64,000 nucleotides of DNA from Gemmatimonadaceae bacterium (GCA_051859245.1 JBHYGA010000001.1:1181722-1245721); one strand, 5' to 3'. Shown: positions 50,521-60,952, counted from the first letter of the stretch. The notes: generated by a model from the sequence alone, not told the origin. Made by a program: numbers and translations.

Positions 50521-51519
50521 TTACGGCTCTCGCAGGTGTGCAGGAGTATTGGGCGGCTGCCGCTTCCAGCGCCGATGATGCCAGAAGTACTGTTCAGCGT
50601 GCCGTCGCACGTCGCGCTCAAGTTGCATGGTAAACGCGGCCACAATCGTGTCCACATCGTGCTCGCGATCGCCGGTGTCGACGACTGGTACTGTTTCAAA
50701 CGCGATGCGATAATGACCGTCGGGCAGTCGCACGCACGCGGCGTAGATCACCGGCGTGCCGAGGCGCAACGCAAATACGCCGGGACCTCGCGGCGTGCGC
50801 GCCGGTCGGCCAAAAAACGGAACAAACGTTGACGCCAAACCCAGCCCATCCTGATCGCAGAGAAATGCGACCATCTTGCCTTCGGACAGCGCGCGAGGAA
50901 CACGCCGAACGGCTTTGGCATCGTGAATCACTTCCACGCCGAGCGATGCGCGTGTGCCGCGCACGTAGCGATCGAAGAGCGGGTTCTGAATGGCGCGCGT
51001 GATCGCCGCCACGGGAACACCGCGCGCCGCGAAGTACGCGCCACCGAGCTCCCAATTGCCAAGATGACCGGTCACGAGGATGACACCGCGTCCCTGCGCG
51101 AGCGCGCTTTCGAACAAGTCCCAGCCTTCGACCTGTGTCACCAGCGACAAGATGCGTTCGCGCGATGCACCGGGCAGGACTGCGGTTTCCATGGTTGTGC
51201 GTCCCAGGCTTTCGTATGCCTTGATCGCAATCCGGCGCCGCTCCCGCTCTGAGCGTTCAGGAAGCGCAGCGGCGATATGCCGATGCACGAGCTTTCGCCG
51301 GATGCCGACCGGCCAATAGCCAAATCGTCCCAACATGGCGCCAAAGAAACTGGCCGCTCGCCAACCGAGCAGTCGTAGCACGGCGACAAACGATCGGAAC
51401 GCGATGTACTGCAACCAGTGCGATACCGTTTGCGGCGCCTCCGCGTGCGTCGCGGTATCGGGCGTTTGGGGCGTCGCGGTGGACGGCGGCGCGTGATCGG
51501 CGTTACGAACGTTTGTCAT
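50521..51519 (-). CDS. lipid A biosynthesis acyltransferase (LpxL/HtrB family)
   Basis: GHLGNWE, LCDQD, VPFFG, QYFWHHRRWK. Confidence 0.92.
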   Translation of the reverse strand: MTNVRNADHAPPSTATPQTPDTATHAEAPQTVSHWLQYIAFRSFVAVLRLLGWRAASFFGAMLGRFGYWPVGIRRKLVHRHIAAALPERSERERRRIAIKAYESLGRTTMETAVLPGASRERILSLVTQVEGWDLFESALAQGRGVILVTGHLGNWELGGAYFAARGVPVAAITRAIQNPLFDRYVRGTRASLGVEVIHDAKAVRRVPRALSEGKMVAFLCDQDGLGLASTFVPFFGRPARTPRGPGVFALRLGTPVIYAACVRLPDGHYRIAFETVPVVDTGDREHDVDTIVAAFTMQLERDVRRHAEQYFWHHRRWKRQPPNTPAHLREP

Positions 51520-51527
51520 GGACCTAT

Positions 51528-51569
51528 AAAATGCATGCGGCGCCGCTCCCGAGGGAACGGCGCCGCATG
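51528..51569 (-). terminator. terminator downstream of OmpA-family gene
   Basis: CATGCGGCGCCG inverted repeat (51534-51569) followed by CATTTT on the minus strand. Confidence 0.65.
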
Positions 51570-51609
51570 ATGAATCTAACGCGCGGCGTGAAATCACGCC
51601 GCGAGAAGA

Positions 51610-52632
51610 TCAGTTGGAGAGCATGATGAGCACGCGACGGTTGGTGGCGCGACCGTTGTCCGTGTTGTTCGGAGCGAGCGGCGTGCCTTCACCGGCCGTC
51701 TTGGCGGCGATACGCGACGCAGCAACACCCTTTGACACGAGGTAGTCACGCACCTGGTCAGCGCGCTGCTGGCCGAGCGTGGTGTTGTACGACTCGCTGC
51801 CGATGGCGTCGGTGTTACCCGTGACATCGATCGTGCGGGTCATGTTGACCTGCTCAAGCAGCGACGCGGCAATCTGGTCGAGCACCTTCGCCGCTTCCGG
51901 CGTGATGGCGTCCTGATTGAACGCGAACTGGACAGCGCCGATGACAATCGGACGGCCCGGCACGTTCACGCGGACGGTGTCCATACGCGTGGTGAACACG
52001 GTGTCGCGCTGCATGATGCGGACCGTGTCGTACTGAATGACCGGCTTGCGATCGCTGGTGAAGAGCGAAACGCTCACGCCAGCCTGCGCACCGAGGTTGA
52101 AGTGGCTCTCGCGCGGCGTCGGCTTGGTTTCGTCGTCAGCCGTGACGTAGTTACCAATACCTTCGAGCCGGAACGAGAACATGTCGTTAAGCGCGAAGCG
52201 CAAACCGACGAGGCCCGAGGGGCCACCGCCACGCGGCGCAACCTGACGCTGACGGCCGTACGCGTCATACGCGTAGCCGCCACCGATGAGGAACTTGACC
52301 TTCTCGCTGAAGTGGCCGTTGTACAGCAAACGGTAGTTCCACAGCGCATGCGACACCTTGTTGAGCGAGTCGTACACCGCGATGCCCGTGGGCTCGCGAT
52401 CGACGTCTGCGTCGGCGTACGACAAGTCCATTTCGAGCAGCAGGTTACGAAGCACATAGATGCCGGCGCGGCCACCGCCACCAAAGGCGGCGTCGAGCTG
52501 CTGCGACTCAGCAAACTTTGTGAAACGACCGAAGCCGCCGATTTCCACCGCGCCCTGCCGCTGCGCCTGAAGCGAAGCTGGCAGACCGAGGGCAATCACA
52601 GTGCCCAGCGCGAACATTGCAGTAGTACGCAT
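51610..52632 (-). CDS. OmpA family outer-membrane protein (beta-barrel plus peptidoglycan-binding domain)
   Basis: GGAGG RBS, signal peptide, GNTDAIGSESYNTTLGQQRA, NRRV. Confidence 0.95.
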   Translation of the reverse strand: MRTTAMFALGTVIALGLPASLQAQRQGAVEIGGFGRFTKFAESQQLDAAFGGGGRAGIYVLRNLLLEMDLSYADADVDREPTGIAVYDSLNKVSHALWNYRLLYNGHFSEKVKFLIGGGYAYDAYGRQRQVAPRGGGPSGLVGLRFALNDMFSFRLEGIGNYVTADDETKPTPRESHFNLGAQAGVSVSLFTSDRKPVIQYDTVRIMQRDTVFTTRMDTVRVNVPGRPIVIGAVQFAFNQDAITPEAAKVLDQIAASLLEQVNMTRTIDVTGNTDAIGSESYNTTLGQQRADQVRDYLVSKGVAASRIAAKTAGEGTPLAPNNTDNGRATNRRVLIMLSN

Positions 52633-52998
52633 ATTCCTCCCGTGAGATGACAAAACCGACGGACTAAACCGCCATGAGCCTGCGTGACATGACAACACGG
52701 CCAAGTCCTGCTTAAATCCCGGCGCGAAGGCATTCGCGGGCCGGCGTTACCAGAATCCCGAATGAATCCCGGAATAAAACGCCCGCGCGGTTGCCACGCA
52801 TCAAGTTACGCATCATTTGCCAGAGGGCAACCGTCAATCAGTCACGAACTTGGCCGAAATCACAAAATCTGCCAATCTCGGAACGTTCTGCCGGATCGAT
52901 CACTCTCTGGCCACTGTCCAGGCCGGACATGTTGACCGAAAGGGAGACGATCGACATGCCGACTCTGAAACAACACGGATATCTCTGGACCAGGGACG

Positions 52999-53898
52999 AT
53001 GGGACGAACTGAAGTGACGGGACTCCCCGTCCCAGGGTGGCGTGGGGCACAAATGGGGCTGCTGAGCAACGCCGCCCTGGCTGTGGTCAAGCTGATCGCG
53101 GGCGTGGCGGGCAACTCCTACGCCCTGGTCGCCGACGCGATCGAGAGCGGCGCCGATGTGCTCGCCTCGCTCGTCGTGCTCGGCGGCCTGCGACTAGCCG
53201 CGCGTGACGCCGACGACGATTATCCCTTCGGGTACGGGCGAGCTGAGCCATTGGCCGCGGCTACCGTCTCGCTGATGTTGCTGGGCGCGGCGTTCGGCAT
53301 TGGCTGGGAGGCGATCTCGGAAATCCGTCGTCCGCATCTGGCGCCGGCGCCGTTTACGCTTGCGGTGCTGGTCGGGGTTGTGCTGTTGAAGCAATGGCTG
53401 TTTCGCACGCAACACGCAGCGGGGCAGGCAAGTGGTTCGCCCGCGGTGCAGGCCGATGCGTGGCATCACCTCAGCGATGCGGTGACCTCGGGCGCGGCGT
53501 TCGTGGGAATTCTGGTGGCCCTGATCGGCGGGCCGGGTTGGGAAGCGGCCGATGACTGGGCGGCGCTTGTGGCCGCGCTGGTGATTCTGGCCAACGGTGT
53601 GGCGCTGCTTCGCCCCGCCGTGCACGATTTGATGGATCGGGCGCCTGAAGCAAATGTGCGCGATCGAATTCTCGACGCGGCGCGCACCGTAAGCGATGTG
53701 CAGCACCTCGAAAAACTGAAGGTTCGACGCGTCGGCACGGCGCTCTTTGTTGACCTGCACGTGCAGGCCGACCCCGAACTGTCGTTGCACGACGCGCACA
53801 TCGTGAGTGGTCGTGTGAAAACCGCAATACGCCAGGCAGTCCCAGCGGCGGCTGGTGTGCTGATCCACATGGAACCGTTCGAACCAGAGAGTGCATGA
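52999..53898 (+). CDS. cation diffusion facilitator (FieF-like)
   Basis: SYALVADAIES, YPFGYGRAE, DAWHHLSD, HMEP. Confidence 0.92.
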   Translation: MGRTEVTGLPVPGWRGAQMGLLSNAALAVVKLIAGVAGNSYALVADAIESGADVLASLVVLGGLRLAARDADDDYPFGYGRAEPLAAATVSLMLLGAAFGIGWEAISEIRRPHLAPAPFTLAVLVGVVLLKQWLFRTQHAAGQASGSPAVQADAWHHLSDAVTSGAAFVGILVALIGGPGWEAADDWAALVAALVILANGVALLRPAVHDLMDRAPEANVRDRILDAARTVSDVQHLEKLKVRRVGTALFVDLHVQADPELSLHDAHIVSGRVKTAIRQAVPAAAGVLIHMEPFEPESA

Positions 53899-54740
53899 CC
53901 CCATCAAAAAAGCGCGCCAACATCTCGTTCGCGGATGCACTCGATCCGGTTCGGCCCGGACAGCGTCTCACACTCGGAGACCGCGCGGCGGCGGCGCCTG
54001 GTTCTATTCCCGACAAGAAAGAGCTCGAAGCGCGCACGGACGCGTTACTCAAGCGACTTGAGACATTGCAGGCGGCATTCCATGCGGATGGTTCGCGCGC
54101 ACTCTTGCTGGTGCTGCAAGGACGTGACGCCGCGGGCAAGGACAGCACGATTCGAACGGTCGTTGGCGCCTGCAATCCAATGGGCGTTCGAATTGCGTCC
54201 TTTGGTCCGCCGAGTACGCTTGAGCTCCGCCATGACTATTTGTGGCGTGTGCATCAGGCGATGCCCGCACGTGGTGTGATCGCCGTATTCAATCGCTCGC
54301 ACTATGAAGACGTGCTGGTGGTGCGCGTCCGCAAACTCGCGCCCGAGTCGGTGTGGAAGCCGCGCTATCGACAGATTGTGGAGTTCGAGCGCATGCTGGC
54401 CGAGAATGGTACGGTCATCGTGAAATGTTTTTTGCACATCAGTCACGCCGAGCAGCGCCAGCGCTTGCAGGAGCGACTCGACGATCCAGAAAAGAACTGG
54501 AAGTTCCGGCTGGGCGATCTCGAGGATCGAGCACACTGGACGCAGTACACGCATGCGTACCGCGACATGCTCGCGCGCACGAGCACGGCGCACGCGCCGT
54601 GGTACGTTGTGCCGTCCGACGAAAAACGCGTTCGCAACTACTACATCGCGCAGCTCCTGGTGAAGACGCTGGAGTCGCTGGACTCGAAATACCCGCGCAT
54701 GGATCCGGCTGTTGCGCGAGCTGCACGCGGATTCTCCTAG
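53895..54740 (+). CDS. ppk2: polyphosphate kinase 2 family protein
   Basis: LQGRDAAGKD, HDYLWR, FNRSHYEDVL, KNWKF, APWYVVPSD. Confidence 0.93.
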   Translation: MTPSKKRANISFADALDPVRPGQRLTLGDRAAAAPGSIPDKKELEARTDALLKRLETLQAAFHADGSRALLLVLQGRDAAGKDSTIRTVVGACNPMGVRIASFGPPSTLELRHDYLWRVHQAMPARGVIAVFNRSHYEDVLVVRVRKLAPESVWKPRYRQIVEFERMLAENGTVIVKCFLHISHAEQRQRLQERLDDPEKNWKFRLGDLEDRAHWTQYTHAYRDMLARTSTAHAPWYVVPSDEKRVRNYYIAQLLVKTLESLDSKYPRMDPAVARAARGFS

Positions 54741-54761
54741 TCGCTGCCGATACTCCCTCAG

Positions 54762-57700
54762 ATGGTCCCGCCTTCACTCCCCCCGCTGTCCATCGCCCAT
54801 CCGCCGCGTCACCGCCAGCGCGGGTGGCGTGCTCGCGTGCGCGCCAGCACGTCTCAGCACGTGCGGTCCTCTTTACGGGTCGGAGCCGCGTTGTGCGTGG
54901 TGAGTATGGCCGCGATCGCCCCGATCGTGCAGGCGCAGGTCCGTCCCGACGGCTCACCTGCGTCGGCCAGTGTCCCTGTGTCGGTGCGCGATTATTCGGA
55001 GCGTCGATTCGGTAGCCCCGATGGGTTGCAGTCGCTGGCCGTGTATGCGGTGGAGACGCTCGGCGATGGATCGCTGTGGATCGGCACTGAGGCGGGACCG
55101 CATCGATTCAACGGCTCGCGATTTGAACTCGTGCCGGTGCCAGTGGCTCCGCCGCACGTGCGCGCGATTGTGCAGACGGCGGATGATGTTATCTGGTTCG
55201 CGACGCGCGTTGGAGTGGTGCAGATGCTGCCCGATGGCACAATGCGCGTGTTCAACGAACAGCAGGGGCTACCCACCGGCACGGTGTACTCGCTGATCGT
55301 GTCCGATGCACTTGACGGCCAGCCGCGAGTGATCGCGGCCACCGGCGGTGGGCTCGCGGTCTTCGAGGGTGAGCGATGGCGCATCGTTTCGCTCCCCGTG
55401 GGAGTAACCAACGTTGGCTTGGTCGCGCGCGCCCGCCCGCGTCGCGGTGCTTCGGACGAGCTGTGGGTGGCATCGTCGTCCGGCGGAGTCGCGCGGTGGC
55501 GCGACGGGACGTGGACCGATGTGTACGGCGCTGCGGACGGATTGATTGCACGCAGTGTTGAACAGCTGGTCGTTTCGGAAGATGCGACGCGACGATTGTT
55601 TGCGGCCACGAGTGAAGGCGTGTTCGCGTTTTCGGATGATGTCTCAGGCGGGCGGTGGCAGCATCTCGCCGGTTCGCCGGCGTTTGCGTATCGCATTGCG
55701 ATCGTGCCGCGCGGCGAGGACGAAGAAGAACTGTGGGTTGGCACTCTTGATGGCTTGTTGTTGCGTCGTCGAGGTGCAGCGTGGGATAGTGTGGTGCTGC
55801 GCAGTACGGAGCCGCGGACTCCGATACATTCGCTTGCCGGCGTACGAGGTCATGCAGGTGGATTCGCCGTGTACGTCGGGACGTTTGGTGACGGCCTCGT
55901 ACGTTTGAGTGTTGGTCGCGGTGCAACGCTTGTTTCGGCACAATCCGGATTACGCTTTACGATCAACGCGTTGCTGGAAGAACCACTCGGAAAAGTCGGG
56001 TTCGTGTGGGTGGCCACAAGTAATTTTGGCGTGGTGGAAACTGACGGTCGTATTGCGCGATCCGTGGTGAGTGTACGCGACATCGAAGACGGTCGCGCAA
56101 CAGCGTTGTACACAGCCACGCTCCCCAATGGTACGCGTGAAGCGTGGGTTGGCGCGGCGCTCGGCGCATGGCGACTTGAAGGGGGACAGTGGGTTGCGCG
56201 GCGTGAGGGACTGGGTCGCACGCAGGTTGTTCAGTTCGGTCGGGAGCGCGTCAACGATTCCACATCCGCGCTGCTCGCGTCCACGATGAATGGTCTGTTT
56301 CAGTGGAACGGCGCCGTATGGGATCGCGTCTCGGGCTCGCCGGAAGAAATGGTGCTCGGCTTCCTGGGCGCGTCACCGCGCGATTCCACGCTGATCGTGA
56401 CTGGATCGTTCGGAATTATGACACGCCGGGGTCGCGTGTGGACGCACGATTCGACGCCAGCCGTTGACGGTGTGCGACTTCCGCAGCGCTCCGTGTGTCG
56501 ATTGCCGGAATCCGAGAATGGCCGACTGATTGTATCGGGAACGCGCGGTGTGCACGTTCGTGAACGCAACGAGCGCGCCTGGCGTTCGCTGCCGCAGCGA
56601 CTGCGGGGGTTTTTCCGGTCCGAGAATGTGTATCGCATGCGCTGTGATGATCCCGCCAATGTGTTGCTGGCAACGACCGACGGTGTGGTTGTGCTCGACC
56701 TGCGTGGGCGTGACACGGCGGAGTGGAATGTTGTGACGGTGTTTGGACCGGCGGACGGATTGCCCAGTCCGTTCATGACGGCCATTGGTGAAGGCGGAAG
56801 CAGTCAGAGTGCGCGATGGATTGGCACGGCGCACGGCGTTGGTCGGATCGATGTTCGCAACTTGCCGGCACCTGATCCAACGCTCTTCAGCATGTCGCTG
56901 CACAGTGGCGCCGACTCGAGCACACTGTCTGAAGGGGCTCGCGTCCCGTACGACGCGAACCGAATTGCCATCAGTCTCTCGTTACCGGTCTATCATCGCG
57001 AAGAAGACTTTCGGTATCGCATTGTGCTCGATGGTCCGTTCACCACGGCGCCTGAGCGTTGGAGCTCGAACAATTCGGCCTCGTATCCGGCGCTGCCGGC
57101 CGGACGTTATACAGTGACGGCGTGGGCGCGTGACTACGCGGGACGCGACTACGGACCGATCACCCGCACGTTCACGATTGACTATCCACCGTGGCGTTCG
57201 CCGCGCGCGCTGTTTGCGTATACCATCCTTGCCGTAGTCTTGATGGTGAGCGCGCATCGCTGGCGTCTGCGCACGCTTCGTGCGCGTGCCGACGAGTTGG
57301 CGGCCAGTGAGTTGCGCGCGCGCACGAGTGAAGCACAGTTCCGCGCGTTGTTCGATCGTGCGTACGACGCCAATCTGTTGGTGCGCGAGGGGCGGGTGAT
57401 TGCCGCCAATGCGGCTGCGTGCGTGCTGCTCGGCGAAGATCAAGGCAGTGTGGTGGGCACGTCAATTGCCGAGCTCAATCTGTCGGCCGCGCTGGCGATG
57501 GCCGGACCTACGATTGATTCCATGGAGATGGAATTGCGGCCGCGCCAGGGTGAACGCGTTCCGGTGGCGGTGACGGTCACCGAGATTACGCGTGATGACG
57601 GACCGTTACAGCAGTGGGTGTTGCGAGATCTGTCGGCAACGCGCGCGGCGGAGGCAGAGCGTCGCATGCTGGAGTCGCAGGTGCGAGAAGCGCAAAAGCT

Positions 57701-58937
57701 TGAGTCACTCGGCACGCTGGCCGGTGGAGTCGCGCATGACTTCAACAACTTGCTCGGTGTGATTCGCGGGAACGCCGAGCTGGCGCGTGATTCCATCGAC
57801 GATCGCGATGAAGTGGCGGACCATCTGGCAGCAGTACTCGATGCGAGCGAGCGCGCGCGCGATCTCGTGCGTCAGATTCTGACATTCAGCCGTCGTGCTA
57901 CGCCGCACGAGCGTGTGATTGACCTGGGGGCGGTAGTGCGCACGCTGGTACCCATGCTTCGTTCACTGATTCCGCGCACGGTTGATCTCACCGTGCTCGG
58001 CGGCGACGGCGTGTACGCGATTCGCGGCGACGTGACGCAGTTGCAACAGCTCCTGTTCAATCTCTGTTCGAACGCCGAGTATGCGATGCGTCCAACAAAT
58101 GGCGGCACATTGGAGATCCGCCTGGATGTGTTGCCCGCGCCCGACGACATGCGTGTGGAAACAGGGCGTGTGGTGCGCGTGCGTGTGCGCGACACCGGTG
58201 TTGGCATGAGCGCCGAAGTTCGTGATCGCGTGTTCGAACCGTTCTATACCACGAAGCCCACTGGTGAAGGCACGGGTCTTGGTCTTTCGGTGCTGCACGG
58301 CATCGTGGCGTCGCACGGTGGGCGCGTGCGCGTTGAGAGTACGCTCGGTGTTGGTACTACGTTCGAGGTGGATTTGCCGCTGATTGCACAGAGTGTGCAG
58401 GCGCTCACGCCACCTGATATGCGAAACACTCCAATTGGCATGCCGGCGGTGATTGTGAATACTTCAGGTTCAAGTTCGTCCGATGTTGCAGGTCCATCTG
58501 CGAGTGCACTCACGAGCGGGAATGCGGATGATATCCTCACCGGCGCGCGTGTGATGCTGGTGGATGACGAGCCGGCCGTGGCTCGCGTGGTGGAGCGATT
58601 ACTGAAACGCCTTGGCTGCCGAGTGCAGGTGTTCAGTGATCCGCGGGAGGCGCTCGAGTCGTTCACTGCGGCACCCGGGGAAACGGATTTGTTGCTCACG
58701 GATCAGACCATGCCTGGTATGTCGGGCGATGTGTTGACGCAGGAGGTGCACAAGGTGCGCGCGAGCCTGCCGGTGGTGATTGTCACGGGCTACAGCTATC
58801 GCCTCACGCCCGAGCGGCTGGCCGAGATTGGCGCGGCGGCGGTGCTGCAGAAGCCGGTCCCTTTGGCGCAGATGGCGGCCACGGTGTCGGCGGCGCTCCG
58901 GGGCGGCCCGTTTGAAGTGGGTGCGTCTGGGAGTTGA
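54762..58937 (+). CDS. hybrid sensor kinase: propeller/Y_Y_Y sensor, TM, PAS, HisKA, HATPase, receiver
   Basis: Repeated LWIGT/DGL blades, YPALPAGRY, PPWRS, AGGVAHDFNNLL, DTGVGM, GTGLGL, LVDDE..DQTMP..KP. Confidence 0.93.
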   Translation: MVPPSLPPLSIAHPPRHRQRGWRARVRASTSQHVRSSLRVGAALCVVSMAAIAPIVQAQVRPDGSPASASVPVSVRDYSERRFGSPDGLQSLAVYAVETLGDGSLWIGTEAGPHRFNGSRFELVPVPVAPPHVRAIVQTADDVIWFATRVGVVQMLPDGTMRVFNEQQGLPTGTVYSLIVSDALDGQPRVIAATGGGLAVFEGERWRIVSLPVGVTNVGLVARARPRRGASDELWVASSSGGVARWRDGTWTDVYGAADGLIARSVEQLVVSEDATRRLFAATSEGVFAFSDDVSGGRWQHLAGSPAFAYRIAIVPRGEDEEELWVGTLDGLLLRRRGAAWDSVVLRSTEPRTPIHSLAGVRGHAGGFAVYVGTFGDGLVRLSVGRGATLVSAQSGLRFTINALLEEPLGKVGFVWVATSNFGVVETDGRIARSVVSVRDIEDGRATALYTATLPNGTREAWVGAALGAWRLEGGQWVARREGLGRTQVVQFGRERVNDSTSALLASTMNGLFQWNGAVWDRVSGSPEEMVLGFLGASPRDSTLIVTGSFGIMTRRGRVWTHDSTPAVDGVRLPQRSVCRLPESENGRLIVSGTRGVHVRERNERAWRSLPQRLRGFFRSENVYRMRCDDPANVLLATTDGVVVLDLRGRDTAEWNVVTVFGPADGLPSPFMTAIGEGGSSQSARWIGTAHGVGRIDVRNLPAPDPTLFSMSLHSGADSSTLSEGARVPYDANRIAISLSLPVYHREEDFRYRIVLDGPFTTAPERWSSNNSASYPALPAGRYTVTAWARDYAGRDYGPITRTFTIDYPPWRSPRALFAYTILAVVLMVSAHRWRLRTLRARADELAASELRARTSEAQFRALFDRAYDANLLVREGRVIAANAAACVLLGEDQGSVVGTSIAELNLSAALAMAGPTIDSMEMELRPRQGERVPVAVTVTEITRDDGPLQQWVLRDLSATRAAEAERRMLESQVREAQKLESLGTLAGGVAHDFNNLLGVIRGNAELARDSIDDRDEVADHLAAVLDASERARDLVRQILTFSRRATPHERVIDLGAVVRTLVPMLRSLIPRTVDLTVLGGDGVYAIRGDVTQLQQLLFNLCSNAEYAMRPTNGGTLEIRLDVLPAPDDMRVETGRVVRVRVRDTGVGMSAEVRDRVFEPFYTTKPTGEGTGLGLSVLHGIVASHGGRVRVESTLGVGTTFEVDLPLIAQSVQALTPPDMRNTPIGMPAVIVNTSGSSSSDVAGPSASALTSGNADDILTGARVMLVDDEPAVARVVERLLKRLGCRVQVFSDPREALESFTAAPGETDLLLTDQTMPGMSGDVLTQEVHKVRASLPVVIVTGYSYRLTPERLAEIGAAAVLQKPVPLAQMAATVSAALRGGPFEVGASGS

Positions 58938-59005
58938 ACCGCGAGGAGAGGTAGGGTAGGTTGCAGGTCTGTGGTGGAACGCCTGGCTTTCAGGTGGTTC
59001 ACGCA

Positions 59006-59079
59006 CGGGACGTAGCGCAGCCCGGTAGCGCACCTGAATGGGGTTCAGGGGGTCGCGGGTTCGAATCCCGCCGTCCCGA
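59006..59079 (+). tRNA. tRNA-Pro(GGG)
   Basis: CGGGACG/CGTCCCG stem, loop AT-GGG-GT, GGTTCGAATC. Confidence 0.96.
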
Positions 59080-59243
59080 TTGTGTAGGTGATTGATTGAT
59101 AACCACTTAGCCTCGGCGCATCGCCGGGGCTTTGTGCTGCTCGGGGGCGCCGGAAGAACACCGGAATATCGCGTGCCACTTTCGAAAGTCGTCTCTTGCG
59201 TCATCGTCTGACGTCGGGCCTCTTGCCGTTCCTGTTCGGAGCT

Positions 59244-59468
59244 TTAGAAGAGCAAGAAGAGCAGTGCGCCCCCGATCATGACCTGAGCCCCCTCCTTCAT
59301 CATTCCCGAATAGTGCCGACGGTCATGGTCGCTGCTTTCAGCGGTAATGCCGAAGGCATTCCCCGCCACCATCACAAAGCCGAATCCGAATACTAGAGCC
59401 CCGAGCGCTTTCATTAGTTCATCTCGCTGTTGTTGTGAGAGCATGCCGGTTGGAAAAACTACGCCCAA
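59244..59468 (-). CDS. small two-TM membrane protein (possibly nonsense-truncated)
   Basis: Two hydrophobic segments; frame continues protein-like after the TAA. Confidence 0.45.
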   Translation of the reverse strand: MGVVFPTGMLSQQQRDELMKALGALVFGFGFVMVAGNAFGITAESSDHDRRHYSGMMKEGAQVMIGGALLFLLF

Positions 59469-59685
59469 CCCTAGCGCGCCGCTAAGTGGGCGCGAGAGGT
59501 TGCGGGAAGTGCAGGGAGCGCGATAGTGTTCGGTGCGACGACTACTCTGCTAGGATCGAGCTCGACGCAAACAGACAATCAGGCGAGCGGCTTAAGTGCC
59601 AGGACTCGTACAACACAACCAGACTGAGGGGATTCCTCGGGGTTGTCGTTGTTCGGGTCCTTTTGCTTTTGCTCCCGGAGTTGCA

Positions 59686-59955
59686 ATGACCTCGCTCCCC
59701 GCAAGTGTGACAAGCGTGCCGAACGTGACAAGCGTGTCGGACCCGCGCCCGATTTCTACGGCGCTGCTTACCACTGCACAAGCCGCCAAATACCTTGCGC
59801 TCGGACAGCGCACGCTTGAGAACTGGCGCTGTCGCGGTGTCGGTCCCGCGTTCGTTCGACTGGGACGCGTCGTGCGCTACCGCGTGTCGGATCTCAATGC
59901 GTGGTTGTCGGTGCGTACGTTTGCCAGCACCTCGCAGGCGGATCACGCGGCATGA
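59686..59955 (+). CDS. excisionase/AlpA-like HTH_17 DNA-binding protein
   Basis: GGAG RBS; LLTTAQAAKYLALGQRTLENWRCRGVGPAFVRLGRVVRYRVSDLNAWL. Confidence 0.92.
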   Translation: MTSLPASVTSVPNVTSVSDPRPISTALLTTAQAAKYLALGQRTLENWRCRGVGPAFVRLGRVVRYRVSDLNAWLSVRTFASTSQADHAA

Positions 59956-60644
59956 CACACGACGCAACGACTACGCCGGACGATGACGGCGCTGAGCATG
60001 AGACAGACCCGTTGTGGTGTTTTGCGCTTCCTCGCATCGGCCGGCGCACAACGCGTTGGTTCGCACTACGACTCCGCGCGCAGCTGGCGTTCGCGGTCTT
60101 GACCCCCTGCCGCTCGTCGACGATCGACCAACTGCGCGCGGGGCTCGCTGAGCATCTTGGCGCCAACTGGCGATCGCTCAGCCCCGAAGCGGTGACGTTG
60201 CTTGCGAGGTGGTACGCTGTATGTGCTGAACGCTACCTGTCCTTTCGTCCCGCCAAGCAGTATTTAGGCCGCGGCGCTGCGATCGGCGCCTACCGGGTGT
60301 TTTGGGAGAGGGTGGTTGGTGACCTGCCGGTGGCGCTGCTGCAGCTTGGCGTGCCACTGGCGCCAACAGCAACGGCGCCGCCAACGACCACGCTTGAGCG
60401 CGAAGGGGCGGCACTACCACTGCCGGACGACTCGCGCGAAGTGAGCGGCTCGACGCTGCTACCGTCCGCCGTCCGTGACTCGCTCCGCAACGCCGCAGCC
60501 CAACGTCGCGCACGATGGCCGCGTGCGTGTCGTGTGTGTGGCACGAGTTTCACGCCAGAACGTGCGAATAGTCGTCGTTGTATTGCGTGTCGTCGGGCGA
60601 GGGGCGCTGGTAGAGCACGGGGCGCCGACGAACGGGAACAGTGA
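59952..60644 (+). CDS. hypothetical protein with C-terminal CxxC...CxxC zinc ribbon
   Basis: ATGA-coupled to the excisionase-like gene; CRVCGTSFTP..RRCIAC. Confidence 0.65.
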   Translation: MTHDATTTPDDDGAEHETDPLWCFALPRIGRRTTRWFALRLRAQLAFAVLTPCRSSTIDQLRAGLAEHLGANWRSLSPEAVTLLARWYAVCAERYLSFRPAKQYLGRGAAIGAYRVFWERVVGDLPVALLQLGVPLAPTATAPPTTTLEREGAALPLPDDSREVSGSTLLPSAVRDSLRNAAAQRRARWPRACRVCGTSFTPERANSRRCIACRRARGAGRARGADEREQ

Positions 60645-60703
60645 TGCGCATTGACGTCGTCGATTGCGCTGCGAGGGCTCGCGGTGTGCGTGTAGATTGT
60701 CTC

Positions 60704-60952
60704 ATGCCGCCGCGTCGCGTTCTTCGTCTCCGATTGCGCGAGCTCCGTGAGAACGCGGGGTTCAGTCAAGAGGCTGTGGCGCTGGCGCTCGGAACGCGAC
60801 GCGCCCGCATCAGTGACCTAGAGACGGGCGCCGTGCAGCGTGTAGATGGCGTTCTGCTCGCCGGGCTCTGCGAGTTGTTCGATGTCGAGCCCGGCGCATT
60901 GTTCGTCTGGGAGCGCGTCACCACGCGAGGCGAAAAGCCTACGCGGCGGTAA
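60704..60952 (+). CDS. XRE/Cro-CI family HTH regulator
   Basis: LRELRENAGFSQEAVALALGTRRARISDLETG..LCELFDVEPGALF. Confidence 0.92.
   Translation: MPPRRVLRLRLRELRENAGFSQEAVALALGTRRARISDLETGAVQRVDGVLLAGLCELFDVEPGALFVWERVTTRGEKPTRR

Noticed and set aside
58599..59204. 201-aa minus-strand ORF
   Set aside because: Runs antisense through tRNA-Pro and the kinase 3' end
59706..59736. GTGACAAGCGTG direct repeat in the excisionase-like gene as integrase arm sites
   Set aside because: In-frame duplication (VTSV twice); cannot be separated from a coding repeat without the integrase
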